Assembly: GCA_963708295.1 (NCBI GenBank)
Contig: CAVPSJ010000017.1
Coordinates: 1-64,000, forward strand
Source of the DNA: an uncultured delta proteobacterium
GTDB taxonomy: Bacteria > Desulfobacterota > BSN033 > UBA1163
Length of the DNA stretch: 64,000 bases
Direction of reading: 5' to 3'
Shown here: positions 31,874-42,629 of the stretch, piece by piece
Position numbering within the stretch: position 1 is the first letter of the stretch
Layout: every line of letters begins with the position of its first letter
Made by a program: the position numbers and the translations under genes
The notes under the pieces: model-generated
Databases searched by the model: none
What the model saw: only the letters and a program-made list of their open reading frames with translations
What the model was told of the DNA's origin: nothing

Positions 31874-33520
31874 TCAGGCCGATCTCCCGTTCATAATCGG
31901 ATTCCAGGCAATTTGGGAGAATCTCTCTTGCCGGTGTTCACGGACATACATTTCTGCGAGCGCAACCTTCTTTCCTCCATACATTTCTTTAATCAATGCT
32001 CTATCTATTTTATGGTTCTGATTTTTGGGGAGGCTTTCAGTATATATCATACTTTTGGGGATCATGTAATTTGGCAAATATTTACTAAGGTGCTTTCTGA
32101 TCTCTTTATGGCAATCTCTATCACCTGAGTAAATGAGTCTCAGTTCTTGGATCTTGTCCTTTACGTATAGAGGGATGACGACATTCTCTTTAACAAGCGG
32201 TAATAACGACAGAATGTGTTCAATTTCACCCAATTCAATTCTATACCCCATGAACTTTATTTGCTGATCCTTACGGCCATGAATAAAATAGCCCACCTTT
32301 GGGCTAAAGGATGCGATGTCACCAGTTCGGTAATACCTTTCTCCTTGGTCGGTAACACCAAAAGCATTTCTCGTCCTCTCTGGATCATTCCAGTATCCGG
32401 CACCTACCTGAGGCCCTACAATCAATAGTTCTCCTTTATTCTGCTCATTCGGGAAATCTGTTCTGTCCAAGATGAACCTGTTATTCGCAATAGTAAAACC
32501 AATAGGAAACAAATTTTCCTTTACAATTAATGGCCGACTAAAAGTGTGCAGGGCTGTATAGAAGGTGGTCTCTGTCGGTCCATAAGAATTATGGAATCTC
32601 GCTTGAGGTAATAAACTCATCATCTTGGTCAAAACGTTGACCGGTATCGATTCTCCGCCAAGATGGATATCCCTCAATTTGACTAATAATTTGGGCTGGA
32701 TTAAGTTGCTATCGACCAGCGAACTCAGAGTGGATGGAAGCAAAAACATCTTTGTAATCCCGTAGTCATAGGTAAGCTTCAAAACGTCTCTCGGGAATAA
32801 TATCTCCTCAGGATACACCCCTAACGTTCCTCCCGAGCATAGGACTGTTAACATTTCCGCCAGTGCCATATCGAAGCCGTTTGCATTAAGGGTACTCCCT
32901 ACTTCCCCAGGTCCATAACCAAAAGTCTGTATTGTATAATTTATTATGTTATACAAATTTCCGTGTGTTATCATTGCTCCTTTAGGCACTCCGGTGGACC
33001 CCGAGGTATATAATATTGAAGCCAAATCTTCTGAAGAAAGCGAAGGGAAATTCTTCATATCCTTCAGTGATTCTTCCCTAAAGCCTATTTTCTCATAGCT
33101 GTTATATCCGTTATCATCAAGATAGACTGCTCTAAACTGATTATTCAACAGTTTTTCACATTCTTGGTAATGTCCAATCGAATGGCGATCGATAAAAACG
33201 TAGAATGGGGCAATATCTTTCACTGTTCTGGCTAGTCTTGTAGACGGCGTCTTTGTTTCCAATGGGACATAGACACCCCCAGCCTGCATAATTCCAATAA
33301 TGGCGGGATACAAATAAATAGACTTGTTCATCATGACAACGACTCTATCACCTTTTTTAATTCCTGATTTTAATAGAAAACCTGATATTGTGCTTGATAG
33401 ATCCTGCAGATCCTTGTAGGTCCACATGTTATCATAAATTCTTATGGCCACGTTTGACTGATAGAGGGAAAAACACTTCTTAATAAGATCCACTAATGTT
33501 TGCATATTCACATCTCCCAA
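31874..33520 (-). CDS. Stand-alone amino-acid adenylation domain protein (DltA-like)
   Basis: YTSGSTGVPKG, SYGPTET, YRTGD, GRKDQQIKFMGYRIELGEIE, LPKNQNHKIDR. Confidence 0.9.
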   Translation of the reverse strand: MGDVNMQTLVDLIKKCFSLYQSNVAIRIYDNMWTYKDLQDLSSTISGFLLKSGIKKGDRVVVMMNKSIYLYPAIIGIMQAGGVYVPLETKTPSTRLARTVKDIAPFYVFIDRHSIGHYQECEKLLNNQFRAVYLDDNGYNSYEKIGFREESLKDMKNFPSLSSEDLASILYTSGSTGVPKGAMITHGNLYNIINYTIQTFGYGPGEVGSTLNANGFDMALAEMLTVLCSGGTLGVYPEEILFPRDVLKLTYDYGITKMFLLPSTLSSLVDSNLIQPKLLVKLRDIHLGGESIPVNVLTKMMSLLPQARFHNSYGPTETTFYTALHTFSRPLIVKENLFPIGFTIANNRFILDRTDFPNEQNKGELLIVGPQVGAGYWNDPERTRNAFGVTDQGERYYRTGDIASFSPKVGYFIHGRKDQQIKFMGYRIELGEIEHILSLLPLVKENVVIPLYVKDKIQELRLIYSGDRDCHKEIRKHLSKYLPNYMIPKSMIYTESLPKNQNHKIDRALIKEMYGGKKVALAEMYVREHRQERFSQIAWNPIMNGRSA

Positions 33521-33839
33521 TTAAGCATCCGGGCATTTTGGGATGGGCTAAACGGAAAAAGTCATAATGCGAATTTATTCTTCTTTCCCGCAATTGCTCC
33601 TTAGTGAATAAGAGCTTCTCCGCAGGCACTATGGAATCTTCTTTCCAGATCAACTTATCGGGGACGACAAAGATCGCATTTTTATCTTCTACCATTTGGC
33701 CAAACATCGATTTTGCCCATTTGATACCAGATTCAAGTTGGCTTCCTCCCCTTAAACCCCTCCTTCTCTCTGTTAATGTAGCTATAAGCTCGCCTTTCTT
33801 AAGTTCATAATCCTTATAAAAAACTTTATAGATTATCAT
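33480..33839 (-). CDS. Small 'ERR'-family protein
   Basis: Paralog of 27217-27456. Confidence 0.6.
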   Translation of the reverse strand: MIIYKVFYKDYELKKGELIATLTERRRGLRGGSQLESGIKWAKSMFGQMVEDKNAIFVVPDKLIWKEDSIVPAEKLLFTKEQLRERRINSHYDFFRLAHPKMPGCLIGRCEYANISGSY

Positions 33840-34079
33840 CTTGCCCCCGACTCATATATTCAGTTCTTCTAAACCAGATATATCGTAAAGGAGCAAAACT
33901 CATACCAAGTAATGCCACTGTGTCCGTTGGGTCCAATTGTTGGAAACAGTTGCTAATTAATGGTAATTTGAATAAATTCTTATAAATTTCGTATTCCCAT
34001 TGATGAAAGCCTAAGTGGAAAAGATGTTCCCAAAAGTTCCGAATCCCTTCCTGATAATGCGGAACCATTCTTGCACCCT

Positions 34080-34203
34080 TTATTGATTTACGATCAAAAT
34101 CTTCTATTTTGAAAGGTGGAAATTGAAAATTACTCTTTCAGGAAATACTAAATGAAATTTTCTTCTGGGTGATTTTGAAGTTTGGCGATTACCGAAGGAA
34201 ATA
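34080..34203 (+). repeat. Multi-box element with internal deletion of box C
   Basis: A 34085, B 34139, A 34187. Confidence 0.8.
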
Positions 34204-34207
34204 AACA

Positions 34208-34240
34208 AAAAAGGCAGGACCATCCCTAGTCCTGCCCTTT
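34208..34240 (-). terminator. Intrinsic terminator abutting the repeat
   Basis: AAAAAAGGCAGGAC...GTCCTGCC. Confidence 0.75.
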
Positions 34241-34267
34241 AGCAGCCGTCTCCCTTTTCATTCGTTA

Positions 34268-34537
34268 CTATTTTCTTATGCGCTCAAAGCAAATGACCCC
34301 ATTTGAACCCACTATGTGTTGTGTGGTGAATTCAGATATGTAGAACACTTGCCAACCATCATACCCTTGTAATATTCTCTTCAGTTCATTGGCGTCTCTC
34401 ATATCACAAGGTTCACATCGTGTTTGGACGTCACCACCTTCCAGTCTTGACTGGCGAAGACTCGAAGTGACATTAGCACCAGCACAGCCCATGACAGCAA
34501 CACATAATAACGAAACGGCAATTAGTAATCTCTTCAT
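34268..34537 (-). CDS. Small lipoprotein
   Basis: AGGAG RBS, lipobox VMGC. Confidence 0.7.
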   Translation of the reverse strand: MKRLLIAVSLLCVAVMGCAGANVTSSLRQSRLEGGDVQTRCEPCDMRDANELKRILQGYDGWQVFYISEFTTQHIVGSNGVICFERIRK

Positions 34538-34771
34538 TTTTTTCTCCTCCTTTTCTTAGGTTTTACGAATTTCTCCTCTCGTAACTGCTTGGTATGATGA
34601 CTGGCTTCATCTGATACACAAAATCCAACGATGTGTCAATAAGAAAATTAGGGGTCACATGCCATTATGTGGAAATCTGTTTCTAATGGTTTAAAGAGAT
34701 TGAATAGAGGAAGACAAATCGTGCTGTTGCCTCCAAGTTTATTTAAAACTCCCCGATTCTATCTTCATTTT

Positions 34772-34853
34772 ATTGATAGTAAAATTTGGCGAGCACACCT
34801 ACTTATCTGCGAAGCGAGCCAACCTCGAACCTTGATGATTACGGAAAGAAACG
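34772..34853 (+). repeat. Multi-box element, partial C-A
   Basis: TTGATAGTAAAATTTGGCGAG-CACCTAC 34796, GATTAC 34837 (41). Confidence 0.8.
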
Positions 34854-34931
34854 AAGTATAACGCCGGAGTTAATCTGCCCGCCGCCACATTCAGTAGACG
34901 ACAAGATTTCTCCTTTCTATTCAGAAGGACT

Positions 34932-35387
34932 TTATAGGCCCACCGGCATGTCGTAAGGATGCGGACGGCCTTTGCCCGTCTCGACAAATTCCTTGAGGCT
35001 AAGCAGGAAAAGCACCCAGTGCATCGAGGACTGAGGGAACACTTTGGCATCCTCGCGCCATTTTGAGTGGCGAAGGTGAAGAAACGTTTTGTCGCCTTCG
35101 CGGAAGATTTTCCATTCAATTTCGGTGTTGACCCAATCAGGATCGCTCCGCTCAGTTGCGCGCCACCGCACGAGTTCATCAACCTTCAGAGTGGTTACAA
35201 CCATCTCCTTTAACAATTTCCCATAAAACCAGAATTCCAATTTCTTCCCGACGGCAGATTCCCCCCGCGTCTCGGTGGTCCACCAATGCGCAAGCTTTTT
35301 CACATCGGTTAACGCTTGGTAAAGCTCGCCTGGGGAAGCTTTGATAATAATTTCATGCCAGATTTCACGATATGCCATTGAAAACAC
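34932..35387 (-). CDS. SRPBCC/Aha1-like domain protein
   Basis: LYQALTD..LAHWWT, VRWR, WVNTEI, LRHSKW, LLSLKEFVETGKG. Confidence 0.85.
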   Translation of the reverse strand: MFSMAYREIWHEIIIKASPGELYQALTDVKKLAHWWTTETRGESAVGKKLEFWFYGKLLKEMVVTTLKVDELVRWRATERSDPDWVNTEIEWKIFREGDKTFLHLRHSKWREDAKVFPQSSMHWVLFLLSLKEFVETGKGRPHPYDMPVGL

Positions 35388-35539
35388 CTCCTTTGGTTTA
35401 CCGCACTTTCCTTTTAAATTCCCGACCGCTTAATAAGAAAATGTCCATACTACTCCGAAAAATCAAGTATGACAATTCAATAGTATCCTATTGTTAAAAG
35501 CGCTCCCAACTCGATTTCAGATTTCTTCATGAAATTATA

Positions 35540-35690
35540 CCATTGATTCACGCTTGAAAATGTTGTATCGAAGACTGAAAATTAGAAAACAAGACTTCAG
35601 GAAGTTATCTTCGGAAAAAGGGATGCGGATAACACCTACGAATGTTCGCTCCAAGGTATCTCGGATGGTTAGCGATTACGGATAGAAATC
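35540..35690 (+). repeat. Multi-box element, complete short form
   Basis: A 35545, B 35598, C 35633, A 35674 (53/35/41). Confidence 0.85.
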
Positions 35691-35764
35691 TTTATGAATA
35701 AAAGGCAGGGCATCATTCCTCACTTTATGCCTTTGGGTTATGACACCAATCTATTTCTTTCCTG

Positions 35765-37063
35765 CTATTGAGGAGGCTTGATCTCTCTTTTCAGTTCATC
35801 CAACCAGTACCCGTTCTTGTGGTCATACGTTCTTACCACGACCTTGTCAGGATAAAGATACAAGGAGTTAGTCCAAAGATTATGGTGGACTTTCCCACCA
35901 GAATGATTTTCCGCCATAATGCTTGCCCCCGTCATGTCAGGGTTTGGAATAACGACGACCCGTCGTTCGTACTGATTAATCTTATGATTAAAACTCTCAT
36001 GGGTCGGTGCAATATGGACGTGGCCTGATACCCAAAGAAATATCTGAGGATTGTCTTGAATAACGTTATGAATCTTCCTCCGTGGCTGGGCGATACCAGA
36101 CTTGTCGTCGTCAATGAATAAAGTATTACCAATTTTAAAATTACCCCGCAAGGTCCCCTTTAATGGTGCATGAAAGAAAATGATTGTAGGAACGTCTTTG
36201 TTCTTCTTTAGCTCTGACTGCCACCAATCAATCTGCTTTCCTGACATTTCACAAACATTGTCTGAGTATAGGTCGTCCACTGACAAAAAGATAAGATGGT
36301 AGGGGCCGACTCTTTTGCTGTAAAAAATCTCCTGCAATGAAAAGGTTTCTTTGAACCGTTCGAGTTTTCTTTTCCGGATGGAGTAATTGGCAGATACTCT
36401 TTTTCCTGGGGAATTATCTTCATAATGATAATCATGGTTTCCAACGATTGGGTAAAAGGGCTTTTTTAACTGGCTCAGAAATTTCTTGGCATAAGCGTAT
36501 TCTTCAATAGTTCCATGCTCCTCACATATATCTCCCGTAGCCACAGCCATATCTACGTCAGGCCAGGAATTGATGTCTTCGATTGCCTTTTCCTTCATTG
36601 TGGCGTTTTTTCCGGGAAGGTGAAGGTCAGAGAGAACAACAATCCGGTGATAGTTTTTCTCTTTCGATTCCGGTTGGCTCACCAATTTTATTTCGCCCGA
36701 AAGGCTGCTACTTTCGTTGCCATCTTTATCTTTCACCCAAATCTTCACAATCCGATAGGGTTTATGTTCCTGTGAAATCACTTTCCATCGGAGGGGGATC
36801 AGTCCCTTTTGTTTCTCTTTGATATCTGGCCGGATTGGATATTCGACAACATCTTTTTTCATCTCACCGTTTTGGGTTTCCCAGGTGTTCTCAATAAAAG
36901 CCTTGTCAACGTTCCCCTCAAATTCAACGGTGATAGTAAACCATTCTCCTATGACCACAGGATCTGTTAAGAACCGTAGATTGGATATCTTGGGGAGTTC
37001 AGCCTGAGCCTGCACAAAGGTACTTAATAGCAATATCAGAGCAAAAAAGATCGTCCTTTTCAT
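35765..37063 (-). CDS. Secreted calcineurin-like metallophosphoesterase with N-terminal beta domain
   Basis: SDLH, TGD, GNHD, HAP, SGHVH; signal peptide. Confidence 0.85.
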   Translation of the reverse strand: MKRTIFFALILLLSTFVQAQAELPKISNLRFLTDPVVIGEWFTITVEFEGNVDKAFIENTWETQNGEMKKDVVEYPIRPDIKEKQKGLIPLRWKVISQEHKPYRIVKIWVKDKDGNESSSLSGEIKLVSQPESKEKNYHRIVVLSDLHLPGKNATMKEKAIEDINSWPDVDMAVATGDICEEHGTIEEYAYAKKFLSQLKKPFYPIVGNHDYHYEDNSPGKRVSANYSIRKRKLERFKETFSLQEIFYSKRVGPYHLIFLSVDDLYSDNVCEMSGKQIDWWQSELKKNKDVPTIIFFHAPLKGTLRGNFKIGNTLFIDDDKSGIAQPRRKIHNVIQDNPQIFLWVSGHVHIAPTHESFNHKINQYERRVVVIPNPDMTGASIMAENHSGGKVHHNLWTNSLYLYPDKVVVRTYDHKNGYWLDELKREIKPPQ

Positions 37064-37221
37064 TTCATCCGACCTCCAGATTCGATTCAACATGGTTACT
37101 AAAGCGAGCATTGATTTGGTTTTTCGAGTGAGTCACTTTGGGTAATTTGAATATCAAAATATATTGGACTTGTCAAATATAGAATTCGGTTAGGTTTAAC
37201 CATGGAAGACGGCACTCGAAA

Positions 37222-37371
37222 TCATTGAATACCGGTTGAAATGTTGCAATATACTGTGAAATTGGAAAATCACTCTTTCAGGAAGGAGGCCTTGAAAAGG
37301 GGATTACTTGTTTGACCTACTACATTGCAATGGGGAGACGATCTGGGAGTTGATGATTTCCGTTAGAAAGA
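37222..37371 (+). repeat. Multi-box element, complete short form
   Basis: A 37227, B 37279, C 37314, A 37355 (52/35/41). Confidence 0.85.
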
Positions 37372-37479
37372 AAGTATAACGGACTACTAAGCCGCGTTGG
37401 CTCGAGCGGCGAGTTAGATTCATCTCTGCCGTATTTAGTTTGTATCGGTGTTTGGATCCTTTCCTCGGCGTGTTTTCCC

Positions 37480-38373
37480 CTATCGCTTCCCCGGGTCCTC
37501 AATGGCTTTTAAGAATTTGGACTGGAGCTCCGGATCATTCAGGTCCAAGATACCCCAGATCAATCTTCCCTTCCAGAAAAGGTCTACGTCTCCATGGTAG
37601 CGATCCTTCAACCGGTAGGCCCCCTCGGAGACTGTCTTCCCCTCGTTTCCGGTCTGCTTAAGGTATTTTTCCATCATCCCGCGGCAATCCCCCGCATCCT
37701 TGCCCTCGATCACAAAGATCTTGAATTTCTTGTCGCCGACTTCGTAGTCGGCCGTGTAACCGGAATGGAGATAGGAGTACCCCAGGAAGTCTTTGGAAAC
37801 GAACTTTTCCGTGTTCTTCTTCATGCCTTCCCGCGGAAACGAGGAGAGGATCTTGGGAAGGGCAGATTTCCCGCCCAGAATCCCCTCCATCTTCCGACCG
37901 AAGGCGAGCATGGTCCGCTCATCCTCCGCCCCGGTGTTGTATCCGTTGATCTTCACGTAGTAGGGGCCGACCACGAAATTCAGGACGTTCGGCTCCTGAT
38001 AGCCCTGAGCCCCGATGTCCAGAAACCTGGCGTTGGCCAGCCGCTCCTGGCTGTAGATCCCAAAGGCCTGGGTGGAATCGCCGTGTCGGTACACTTCGAC
38101 CGTCACCGCGGCTTTCCCTTCCCCTTTATACTCCGCCACGTTCAGATCCTGGAATTCATAGGTCAGGTAGAGGTCCGCCGCCCCATTGATGTATTCATAG
38201 AGCGTCCGGGGGGAGAAGACCTGGGGTTCTCCATCCTGCTTCCACCCGCCCACTTCCGGGAAGACGAGGGTCTTCTCATCCCCCATCGCTGCCCCCTCCC
38301 AAAGAGTGCCCCCCAACAACCAAAATAGGAAGAGGAGCAGGCGGAATGTGCTCTTCGATTTTAGCCCGTTCAT
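37480..38373 (-). CDS. DUF6599-like exported protein
   Basis: LYEYINGAADLYLTY, AFGIYSQER. Confidence 0.7.
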   Translation of the reverse strand: MNGLKSKSTFRLLLFLFWLLGGTLWEGAAMGDEKTLVFPEVGGWKQDGEPQVFSPRTLYEYINGAADLYLTYEFQDLNVAEYKGEGKAAVTVEVYRHGDSTQAFGIYSQERLANARFLDIGAQGYQEPNVLNFVVGPYYVKINGYNTGAEDERTMLAFGRKMEGILGGKSALPKILSSFPREGMKKNTEKFVSKDFLGYSYLHSGYTADYEVGDKKFKIFVIEGKDAGDCRGMMEKYLKQTGNEGKTVSEGAYRLKDRYHGDVDLFWKGRLIWGILDLNDPELQSKFLKAIEDPGKR

Positions 38374-38397
38374 ACTCTTTCCCTTTCTTCCTCCCGA

Positions 38398-39603
38398 TCA
38401 GGCGATAAATTCAGAGGGAACGTCCCGGAGGCGGACGATGTTCCGCAGCCGCTCGGAAACATTCCACTGGTTCAAGCACTTGACCGGGCACGAACCGCAG
38501 TCCCCGCAGGGATTCGCGGGAAGGTTCAGGGAGGACAGCAGATCCTGGGCCTCGACCAGATTCCGGTACCCGTAGAGGTACATGTAGGCTCTCATCAGGT
38601 CCGGAATCGGGAGTTGCTTCACGCAGGCGGTGAGACAGGTTCCGCACCCCTGGCAGTACAGACCCGACTGGAGGGCGGCCAACCGGAGGTTCTCCTTCTC
38701 GGCCTTTGAGAGGGAGAAATCTCTCAGGACCTTCACATCCACCTCCAGTTGATCAAAAGTGGTGAATCCGGTGATGATGGTATGAACGTTGGCGTCCTGC
38801 AGGGCCCACTTGAGGCACGCCGGCGCGTCGATCTGCGTGTTATGGTAGGAGCCCCCTACGTTGCCCCCGATGGTCTTCATGGCGATGACCCCCAGCCCCG
38901 CCTCTGCCGCCCGGGCAATGGCTTTCTTGACCTCTTCGCCATGCTTCTGCCTGAAATTGTAGGCCGGCAGAACCACGTCATAGACCTTGGAGTCCACCGC
39001 GGCATTGATGATCTCGGGTTCATTCCGGTGGGTGGTAATTCCGATGAAGCGGATCTTGCCCGCTTTCTTGGCTTTCACCAAAGCGTTCAAAACCGGCTCA
39101 TAGAGAGCGGTCTCCTTCACCCAAACTCCGTGGTGGTGGTAGATGTCTATATAATCCAGCCCCAGGCTCCTGAGGCTGGTATCGATCTTCTGGGCGTAGG
39201 CTTCTTCCGTGGCTTCTTCCGTGTAGAGGCCGGTCGTCTGGTTAATGGCGAGGCGGGCTTTGGTGGCGATGGCGAAGGAATCCCGGGGACGGCCCTTGAG
39301 AACTTCGCCGATCATGGATTCATTCGTGCCCCGCTGGTAGGTTTGAGCGGTATCCAGGTAGTACAAGCCGTTACTCAAGGCCGCACGAACGAGCGCCGGA
39401 TTACTGGTATTCATGACCCCCATGGTGATGACCGGGAGTTTCATCCCTGTCTTTCCCAGGGTACGGTAGGTGATTTTCTCTTCTTTCTTCTCCTGGCCTT
39501 TCGCCGGCGAGCTCTTTTCGTTGGCGCCGAGATAGACGAATCCTCCCAACCCGGCGGCCGTGGACTTCAAGAAATCCCTTCTGCCCATTCCCTTCTTGCT
39601 CAT
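38398..39603 (-). CDS. Tat-exported aldo/keto reductase with C-terminal Fe-S cluster
   Basis: GRRDFLK, YRTLGKTG, LDTA..Y, CQGCGTC...C, CGDCGSC..KC. Confidence 0.9.
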   Translation of the reverse strand: MSKKGMGRRDFLKSTAAGLGGFVYLGANEKSSPAKGQEKKEEKITYRTLGKTGMKLPVITMGVMNTSNPALVRAALSNGLYYLDTAQTYQRGTNESMIGEVLKGRPRDSFAIATKARLAINQTTGLYTEEATEEAYAQKIDTSLRSLGLDYIDIYHHHGVWVKETALYEPVLNALVKAKKAGKIRFIGITTHRNEPEIINAAVDSKVYDVVLPAYNFRQKHGEEVKKAIARAAEAGLGVIAMKTIGGNVGGSYHNTQIDAPACLKWALQDANVHTIITGFTTFDQLEVDVKVLRDFSLSKAEKENLRLAALQSGLYCQGCGTCLTACVKQLPIPDLMRAYMYLYGYRNLVEAQDLLSSLNLPANPCGDCGSCPVKCLNQWNVSERLRNIVRLRDVPSEFIA

Positions 39604-39861
39604 CCCTGAACCCTCCATTCCCTTCCAGGCGATTACCCGGCCCTAAGGCCGGCTGGACCTCCACTTATAAAAAAAGAAAAACCCTTCCCCGTGTTAAAAA
39701 AGATGCCTTTACCGATCTTCGGATGTGCCCAAGGAAGCAAATCCGAAGATTGCTGACAGGGATTCAAAATGATCGCTTAAAGAATAATTTAACACTACCC
39801 CTCTCTTCTATCAAGGCATTATCTGGCCCCTTCAAGAGAAGAATGTCGCGCGGAGGAAAGT

Positions 39862-39996
39862 CTTAGGCCAGTATTCGAGATAAGGATTACCAAAATGAAA
39901 TCTTGTATCATGGTCGAAGTCTGTCAGCCAACGATTACAGGAAATACTAAATGGAATTTCCTTTTTGAGATATTTGGAGCAGGTTGATAGTAAAAT
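39862..39996 (+). repeat. Multi-box element, A-B and most of long B-C spacer, fused into gene 39924-40763
   Basis: A 39885, B 39938, abrupt switch to GC-rich coding DNA after TAAAAT (39996). Confidence 0.85.
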
Positions 39997-40763
39997 CCGG
40001 TCCAGAGGGTTGACGCCCAGTTCAGGAAAGTCGCCGTAAGCTCAGGGGTGGAAGCGACGGGTCGGTGCGCCTGATAGGCTTCTCGGACCGACCGGAAAGT
40101 CTTCGGATCGAAGTATCCCTCGATCGTGGGAAGCCCGAGCTCGCTTGCCACGTGCACCTGCCGTGATTGGCCGTCGGCGTCGCGTAGCACCCGGATACCA
40201 GGAGCCCAGACGTCGAAGCCCGTTTCCACTGCCCGCTTTCTCACCGCGATGTTGACTAGGCGATGCTGCACATGGCCGTATTCCCCCCAATTGTTGTGTG
40301 TGATCACACGTTTGATCGGTGGCGCAAAGTAGGGTCGAAGGTGAGGCTTGATGGTCGCCAAGTTAACAATTGGGGCACGCTTGCAGAAATCAGTGAAGAC
40401 CTCGGCCCAAATGTCGTTGTCGACGGACCCCCAGATAGGAGTCCATCGCACGCGATAATTAAGCTCTGCGGGGAGGCTCTGGACGAGATCCTGAAATACT
40501 GGCGCGGCGGGGTAAGCTGCAAGAAGAAACTTGGTTGCAACGGGCCAGAATGGTAACATCCAGAGCACGTCGTCGTCCTGGTGGGCAAAGACAACGAGGG
40601 TCTGGCCATCGCTGAAGATCGCGACTGACTCTTGACCTCCATCTGTTGCGCGGAGTGTGCTCTGAGCAGATTTAGGTTTATAGTCTTTATGAGTGGAAGC
40701 ACATCCAAATAAAAAAACTGAAATGGAAATAAGCAATATCATGAGAAGCAATTTTTTATACAT
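39924..40763 (-). pseudogene. Lipoprotein leader + PIG-L/LmbE-like deacetylase fragment, truncated by the repeat
   Basis: LFGC lipobox, FAHQDDD, ITHNNWGEYGHVQH; last ~23 aa come from the repeat. Confidence 0.6.
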
Positions 40764-40880
40764 ATTAACCTCTTTTTCTATATTGAAGGTATGGTTTCGG
40801 ATCGAATAGGCTTTGAGTTATCAATAATTTCCTTCTTCAGTAATTGTATCAGTTAAATTCGCAGCCACAATCTTTATCAC

Positions 40881-42269
40881 TCAAAAACCGGCAACATCAC
40901 CGACACCACTACGAAGTGAGAACCATGCAAGCTGGAGAAACGTGTCGTCTGGCTTCCGTGTGTATTTCACTTCACCGATTTTCATTGAGCCCGATTTGTC
41001 CAACATATTCGTCCCGCGGATCTTCCAGGCGTTGACGATATAAGAGCTGATCCGGTTGGAGGCGCCCCTTTCGCTTCCCGTAAGGCTGTTGCGAACTGCG
41101 ACGGCCAGATCCTTATATATCACCCGCACCGTACCGCTTGCACGGCCTGCAGTCACATTGACATCAAATGTTGCATTTTGAAGGATACCGGATTTGATAC
41201 GCAAGCTTTCGCCAACTTCAAGGAAGGAATTGAGTCTGGTCAAGTCCATGAGATCCAGTGAGCCCGAGTATCGGAACGAGATGTCAGGGGATGCGACCGG
41301 AATAACCATGAGGATTTTCATCGTACTGGTCTTCATAAAGTTCCCCTGCGCGTGAACGACTGCAGTAGCAGCAGGGGCGGCATGATTGGTAATCCCTTCT
41401 GCCAACATCTGTATTGAATCAAACGTCACCTCGGCTGGCGCCGAGCCGATGATATACCTCTCTGCGTACTTCAACCGCCCATTCATGATGTTCAGGCTAT
41501 CGACCTGTGTAATTTTCTTTATCGATGAAAGAGCTTCGTTCGGCATCAGGGGTTTTGAAGCGTTCATGTTGTAGGGCGTGTCCATGTTGACCAAAATATC
41601 GAAGGACGCATCGTTGACTTTCACCGAATGAGCACGGTAGGTCTTCCCTTGCAGCAGTCCGAGACAGTCCGCACCCGTTACTCTGCTTTGAGGAAGAACG
41701 ATCCGGAATCGGGTCCTTCTGAACTTGCTACCTGCAAAGAATTTATCATCTTCGACCAAGGGATGAAGCTCCAATGCCTCAGCCAATATCTCTGAATCTG
41801 GTACCGATACACGCAGCCGTGCACACCGAAGTTCATACTGTGACTGCCGAAAGTTCAGCGCAATTTCTCGTGCCTCTGCAACGGAGCCGTTAAAGTCTTT
41901 AGGAGCAATATCTCCTCGCCCAAGAATCTGCAGCCAACCCATCCCGCTCACAGAGAACTTAGCAATACTGCACGAAAAGGTAGAATCAATCGACGTTAGT
42001 GCTATGGAGTCGCATCCGATGCGGTTCTTCCATATACTGTAATGCACGCCTGCAATCCGTATCGAGTATGCTGGATACGCTCTCGTGAATGCCTTTATGA
42101 TTTGGTTTTTGAGGTACCCGTTGATATATGTACCAGGAAAGAAAAGCAGTACCAGCGCACAAATGAGTACAACGACCCCGACAGCAAGGCCGGCATACGC
42201 CGTGACTTTTCGCAGTGACAGCTTACTCCGGTTGGCCGGTCCATGATTCATCGGCATCGGTATCATCAA
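40881..42269 (-). CDS. Membrane-anchored hypothetical protein (AsmA/DUF748-like)
   Basis: N-terminal TM, beta-rich body. Confidence 0.6.
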   Translation of the reverse strand: MMIPMPMNHGPANRSKLSLRKVTAYAGLAVGVVVLICALVLLFFPGTYINGYLKNQIIKAFTRAYPAYSIRIAGVHYSIWKNRIGCDSIALTSIDSTFSCSIAKFSVSGMGWLQILGRGDIAPKDFNGSVAEAREIALNFRQSQYELRCARLRVSVPDSEILAEALELHPLVEDDKFFAGSKFRRTRFRIVLPQSRVTGADCLGLLQGKTYRAHSVKVNDASFDILVNMDTPYNMNASKPLMPNEALSSIKKITQVDSLNIMNGRLKYAERYIIGSAPAEVTFDSIQMLAEGITNHAAPAATAVVHAQGNFMKTSTMKILMVIPVASPDISFRYSGSLDLMDLTRLNSFLEVGESLRIKSGILQNATFDVNVTAGRASGTVRVIYKDLAVAVRNSLTGSERGASNRISSYIVNAWKIRGTNMLDKSGSMKIGEVKYTRKPDDTFLQLAWFSLRSGVGDVAGF

Positions 42270-42380
42270 CCTTCTTTCTTTTTTTCGGTACCCACATAGA
42301 CCTTTTAATGGACGACCGTTGATAAGAACTCGCTTTTGGATGAATTAAGAATATAAAAGAGGGAGCTGTATGTCAATAAA

Positions 42381-42600
42381 GAACCGATGATTAAATTCAG
42401 CCGCGAAGCGGGTGCAGATAAGGTCTAAAACGGGCTTGGACTTGGCGGAGAGAATAAGGAAGCTACGAGAAACCCTTCCCTAAATTGCGATTTCAAAGGC
42501 TTGAGTCGAGAGCGCCCCAAGAACTCAAGAAGCCTTATCAAGTTTACTTAAATAACTTAAGAATGCCCCGTGAAGAGTGTAGGCCTGATATTCAAGCTTT
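42381..42600 (+). repeat. ~220 bp diverged direct repeat, copy 1 (copy 2 at 43211-43450)
   Basis: Shared GAACCGATGATTAAATTC...TTACTTAAATAAC...TGAAGAGTGTAGGCCTGA. Confidence 0.8.
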
Positions 42601-42629
42601 TCTTCTTAGCAACGGTACGAGCAGGGGAG

